A DNA stretch of 64,000 nt from Candidatus Woesearchaeota archaeon (lineage in GTDB: Archaea; Nanobdellota; Nanobdellia; Woesearchaeales; UBA583), in assembly GCA_965205335.1 (NCBI GenBank), contig OZ242164.1:1024001-1088000 (forward strand), given 5' to 3'. Positions within the stretch are counted from its first letter, which is position 1, and the number at the start of each line of letters is the position of its first letter. The notes under the pieces were generated by a model. That model worked only from the letters and a program-made list of their open reading frames with translations, did no database searches and was not told the origin of the DNA. Made by a program: the position numbers and the translations under genes. Of this stretch, positions 61,803-64,000 are shown piece by piece.

Positions 61803-62306
61803 ATGAATAATTTAGCTCAGTCTTCGTTTGAGTATTTGAGTATTTTAGGAACGGCTTTTGGGATTATTATTTTGGTCGGAGGGGCATTTGTTGTGTATTC
61901 AAATGATGCTAAGTCAACGTTTGATTTTTCGCAGATTAGTTATGTTGGAGATGAGTTAATTGATAATGTGCATCAAGTTTATTTTTTAGGCAGGGGAAAT
62001 AAGTTTCTTATGAATGCTAAGTTCCCTTTAGGAATTGATAATTTAACTATTATTCATATTAATAAGTCAGGAACACAGATTGATTATTTTAACTTTTCGT
62101 TTATAACAGGCGATGGGTTTTTGCTTAATGAGATAGTTATAGCAGATGAGACATATATTAGGTTTGATTGCACGGATTGTTATAATTCAACGCCAGTTGG
62201 AGGGAATTGGACTTCATGGTATGAGCCTTCGGATTATGGTAAGGGACCTAAGAAGATTTCAATTGAGTCAAAAGGAGATTGGGTAAGTGTTGATTTTATT
62301 GATTGA
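61803..62306 (+). CDS. Pilin-like protein with class III signal peptide
   Basis: LAQ-SSFEYLSILG; VYFLGRG. Confidence 0.82.
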   Translation: MNNLAQSSFEYLSILGTAFGIIILVGGAFVVYSNDAKSTFDFSQISYVGDELIDNVHQVYFLGRGNKFLMNAKFPLGIDNLTIIHINKSGTQIDYFNFSFITGDGFLLNEIVIADETYIRFDCTDCYNSTPVGGNWTSWYEPSDYGKGPKKISIESKGDWVSVDFID

Positions 62307-62380
62307 GTGGTTTTAATGTCTGGGTTTTAGTTCTGGTTAAAATTTAGAACAGAGTTTAAAAACAATAGATTTATAGAATT

Positions 62381-62626
62381 ATGAATATTTTAGATTATCC
62401 AAGATTAGATACTATTCTTATGGTAGAAGAAACTCTAAAGAACTTAGACTTTTACCTAACTAAAAGAGAGTTATGGCAAAAATTACCAAAAAAGGTTCAG
62501 TACCAAACATTTAGCATAATTATTGATTATCTTATGAAATCCAACAAAATCATGATTGAGAAAAGAAGGATTATCTGGATATTTAACCCCAACCTGACTA
62601 AAAAATCTGTTGAAATTAATGCATAA
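62381..62626 (+). CDS. Small winged-helix protein, putative antitoxin
   Basis: YPRLDTILMVE, LWQKLPKKV.YQT...IIDYL..SNKI; directly upstream of RelE-like gene. Confidence 0.7.
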   Translation: MNILDYPRLDTILMVEETLKNLDFYLTKRELWQKLPKKVQYQTFSIIIDYLMKSNKIMIEKRRIIWIFNPNLTKKSVEINA

Positions 62627-62628
62627 GA

Positions 62629-62974
62629 ATGATTAAAAGAGAAGAGAAAAAAGAATTTAAAGTTAAATTTATTGATAATTCTCTAAATGAAAGTTTAAAA
62701 AAATTAAAAAACGGCAATTCATCGGAAGTCTTCTTGTACAATTTAATTATTGGAGGAATCAAACATATTAAAGAAAATCCAAGAGATTCAATTATTGTTA
62801 AAAAGAAACAAATTCCTAAAATATATATATAAAAAATACAAAATTGATAATCTAAGGCTCCTCAAACTAAATCAAAATTGGAGAATTGTTTATACTATTG
62901 CTTCTGACGAGATAGAGATAATTAGCATTGTACTTGAATGGCTAAATCATAAAAGTTATGAAAAAAAGATTTAA
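62629..62974 (+). pseudogene. RelE/ParE-like toxin, frameshifted at an (AT)5 tract (62821-62830)
   Basis: IKENPR.SI.VKKKQIPKIY continues as KKYKIDNL...L.QNWRIVYTI...IVLEWLNHKSYEK in another frame. Confidence 0.75.
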
Positions 62975-63025
62975 TTATAGAGTAAAATAAGATTTTAAGT
63001 TTTATGTAACCTACAACAATAGAGA

Positions 63026-63478
63026 TTATAACATCTTTGTAATGAGTTCACCTATTTTATCTCCTCTATCACCTAATACTCCCTTTTTAGCATAAGGCAT
63101 TTTTATACCTCCTTTTTCAAATCCGCCAATTGGAGGGTGCAACCTGAAAAATGGTTTTATTTTGTATAGGGATTCAAAGTCTCTTAGTTTAACTTTTCCC
63201 TCAAAGTAATCTTTTGCAATTTTTTCGGTGTCAATTTGAACATCTGATTTGCCTACACTCTGAACTCTTCTGTCAAGCATTTCTTTGTATGTGCTTTCAT
63301 CAATTGCACCATAAGTTATATGATCTTTAACTTTATCAATCATCCCTCTGTTTTCATGAGTATCATCTAAAACAGAACATGCATGCTTTTGTTTTAATCT
63401 TAAGTATTCAAGTGTTTTCTTTTTTTCATATGATAAATTAACCATCCCACGAACTAATATTACTGCTATTTTATTCAT
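63026..63478 (-). CDS. rpl30: 50S ribosomal protein uL30 (archaeal long form)
   Basis: TLEYLRL, GMIDKVKDHITYG, FRLHPPIGGF, LGDRGDKI. Confidence 0.96.
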   Translation of the reverse strand: MNKIAVILVRGMVNLSYEKKKTLEYLRLKQKHACSVLDDTHENRGMIDKVKDHITYGAIDESTYKEMLDRRVQSVGKSDVQIDTEKIAKDYFEGKVKLRDFESLYKIKPFFRLHPPIGGFEKGGIKMPYAKKGVLGDRGDKIGELITKML

Positions 63479-64000
63479 CTTTACTTCCCTCTCTTATGCC
63501 ACGATTTTCCACAACGGATGGCATCAGTTTTATTTTCTGTAATTGTTTTAATGCATTAAAACTTGCTTTAACTAAATTGTTCTTGTTCTTAGTAGAACCA
63601 AGCGTTTTTGACCATACATCTTTAATTCCTGCAAGTTCAAGCATTTTTTTAAGTTCTGATTCAACAACTAAACCCGTTCCTTTTGGTGCTGGCATTAGTC
63701 TTACTTTTACAGAGCCTGATTTTCCTTCAACTGCAAACGGAATTGAATGAGCGGTTCCACAGAAACAATCCCAATCACCACAGCCTCTTCTAATCATAAT
63801 TAAATTTTTCTTAGCTGATTTCACTGCTTTTTCTCTTGATGGAACTGTTTCTCTTGCCTTGCCAAACCCAAGCCCAACTACTCCGTTTTTGTTCCCCGAA
63901 AGAGTAATCATGGCAAAACTCATTTGTGGACCTTCCCTTGTTACTTTTTGTGTAGCTTTTGAGATTCTTCTTTTTCCACCGCCAAATTTTCCTTTCGCCT
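63471..64000 (-). CDS. rps5: 30S ribosomal protein uS5, 3' part
   Basis: GNKNG.VGLG.GK, RRGCGDW, GSVKVRLMPAPKGTGLV, AGIKDVWS. Confidence 0.96.
   Translation of the reverse strand, partial: AKGKFGGGKRRISKATQKVTREGPQMSFAMITLSGNKNGVVGLGFGKARETVPSREKAVKSAKKNLIMIRRGCGDWDCFCGTAHSIPFAVEGKSGSVKVRLMPAPKGTGLVVESELKKMLELAGIKDVWSKTLGSTKNKNNLVKASFNALKQLQKIKLMPSVVENRGIREGSKDE

Noticed and set aside
1332-63750. Numerous short antisense or overlapping ORFs in the track (for example 1332-1541, 8700-8996, 17631-18026, 42378-42707, 63496-63750)
   Set aside because: They lie within well-supported genes and have no recognisable motifs

Overview
AT-rich archaeal chromosomal segment. Gene content (PolD small subunit, aRF1, aIF-1A, archaeal CCA enzyme, Taw1, ZPR1, NreA, archaeal TPI, TATA-box promoters, class III signal-peptide pilins, giant Cys-rich surface proteins) points to a DPANN archaeon, most likely Woesearchaeota-like; the lineage is inferred. 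It runs from the rpoD-rps11-rps4-rps13 cluster to rpl30-rps5 and holds three tRNAs (Leu-TAA, Glu-CTC, Cys-GCA), housekeeping genes, a type IV pilus/Tad locus and several large surface-protein genes, one locus heavily frameshifted. The most unusual layer is the mobilome. (i) Transposase-less elements with GG(T/C)TCTG inverted ends: a 916-bp cassette with 30-bp TIRs and a 9-bp target duplication carrying a DUF5678-like plus retropepsin gene pair, a 128-bp MITE, and a 2.9-kb composite relic carrying a 25x10-aa repeat protein. (ii) IS481-type elements with 15-16 bp target duplications; one subgroup has palindromic CATATG ends, one of which supplies an in-frame start codon to the gene it interrupted. 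Also notable: a high-GC type II glutamine synthetase next to a solo IS end, a degenerate PEP-synthase-like pseudoenzyme, a DUF3800 gene with a downstream structured RNA candidate, a tRNA-3'-end mini-element and a glutaredoxin relic. No CRISPR array, rRNA or reverse transcriptase was seen. All family calls come from motif recognition by eye, not database searches.
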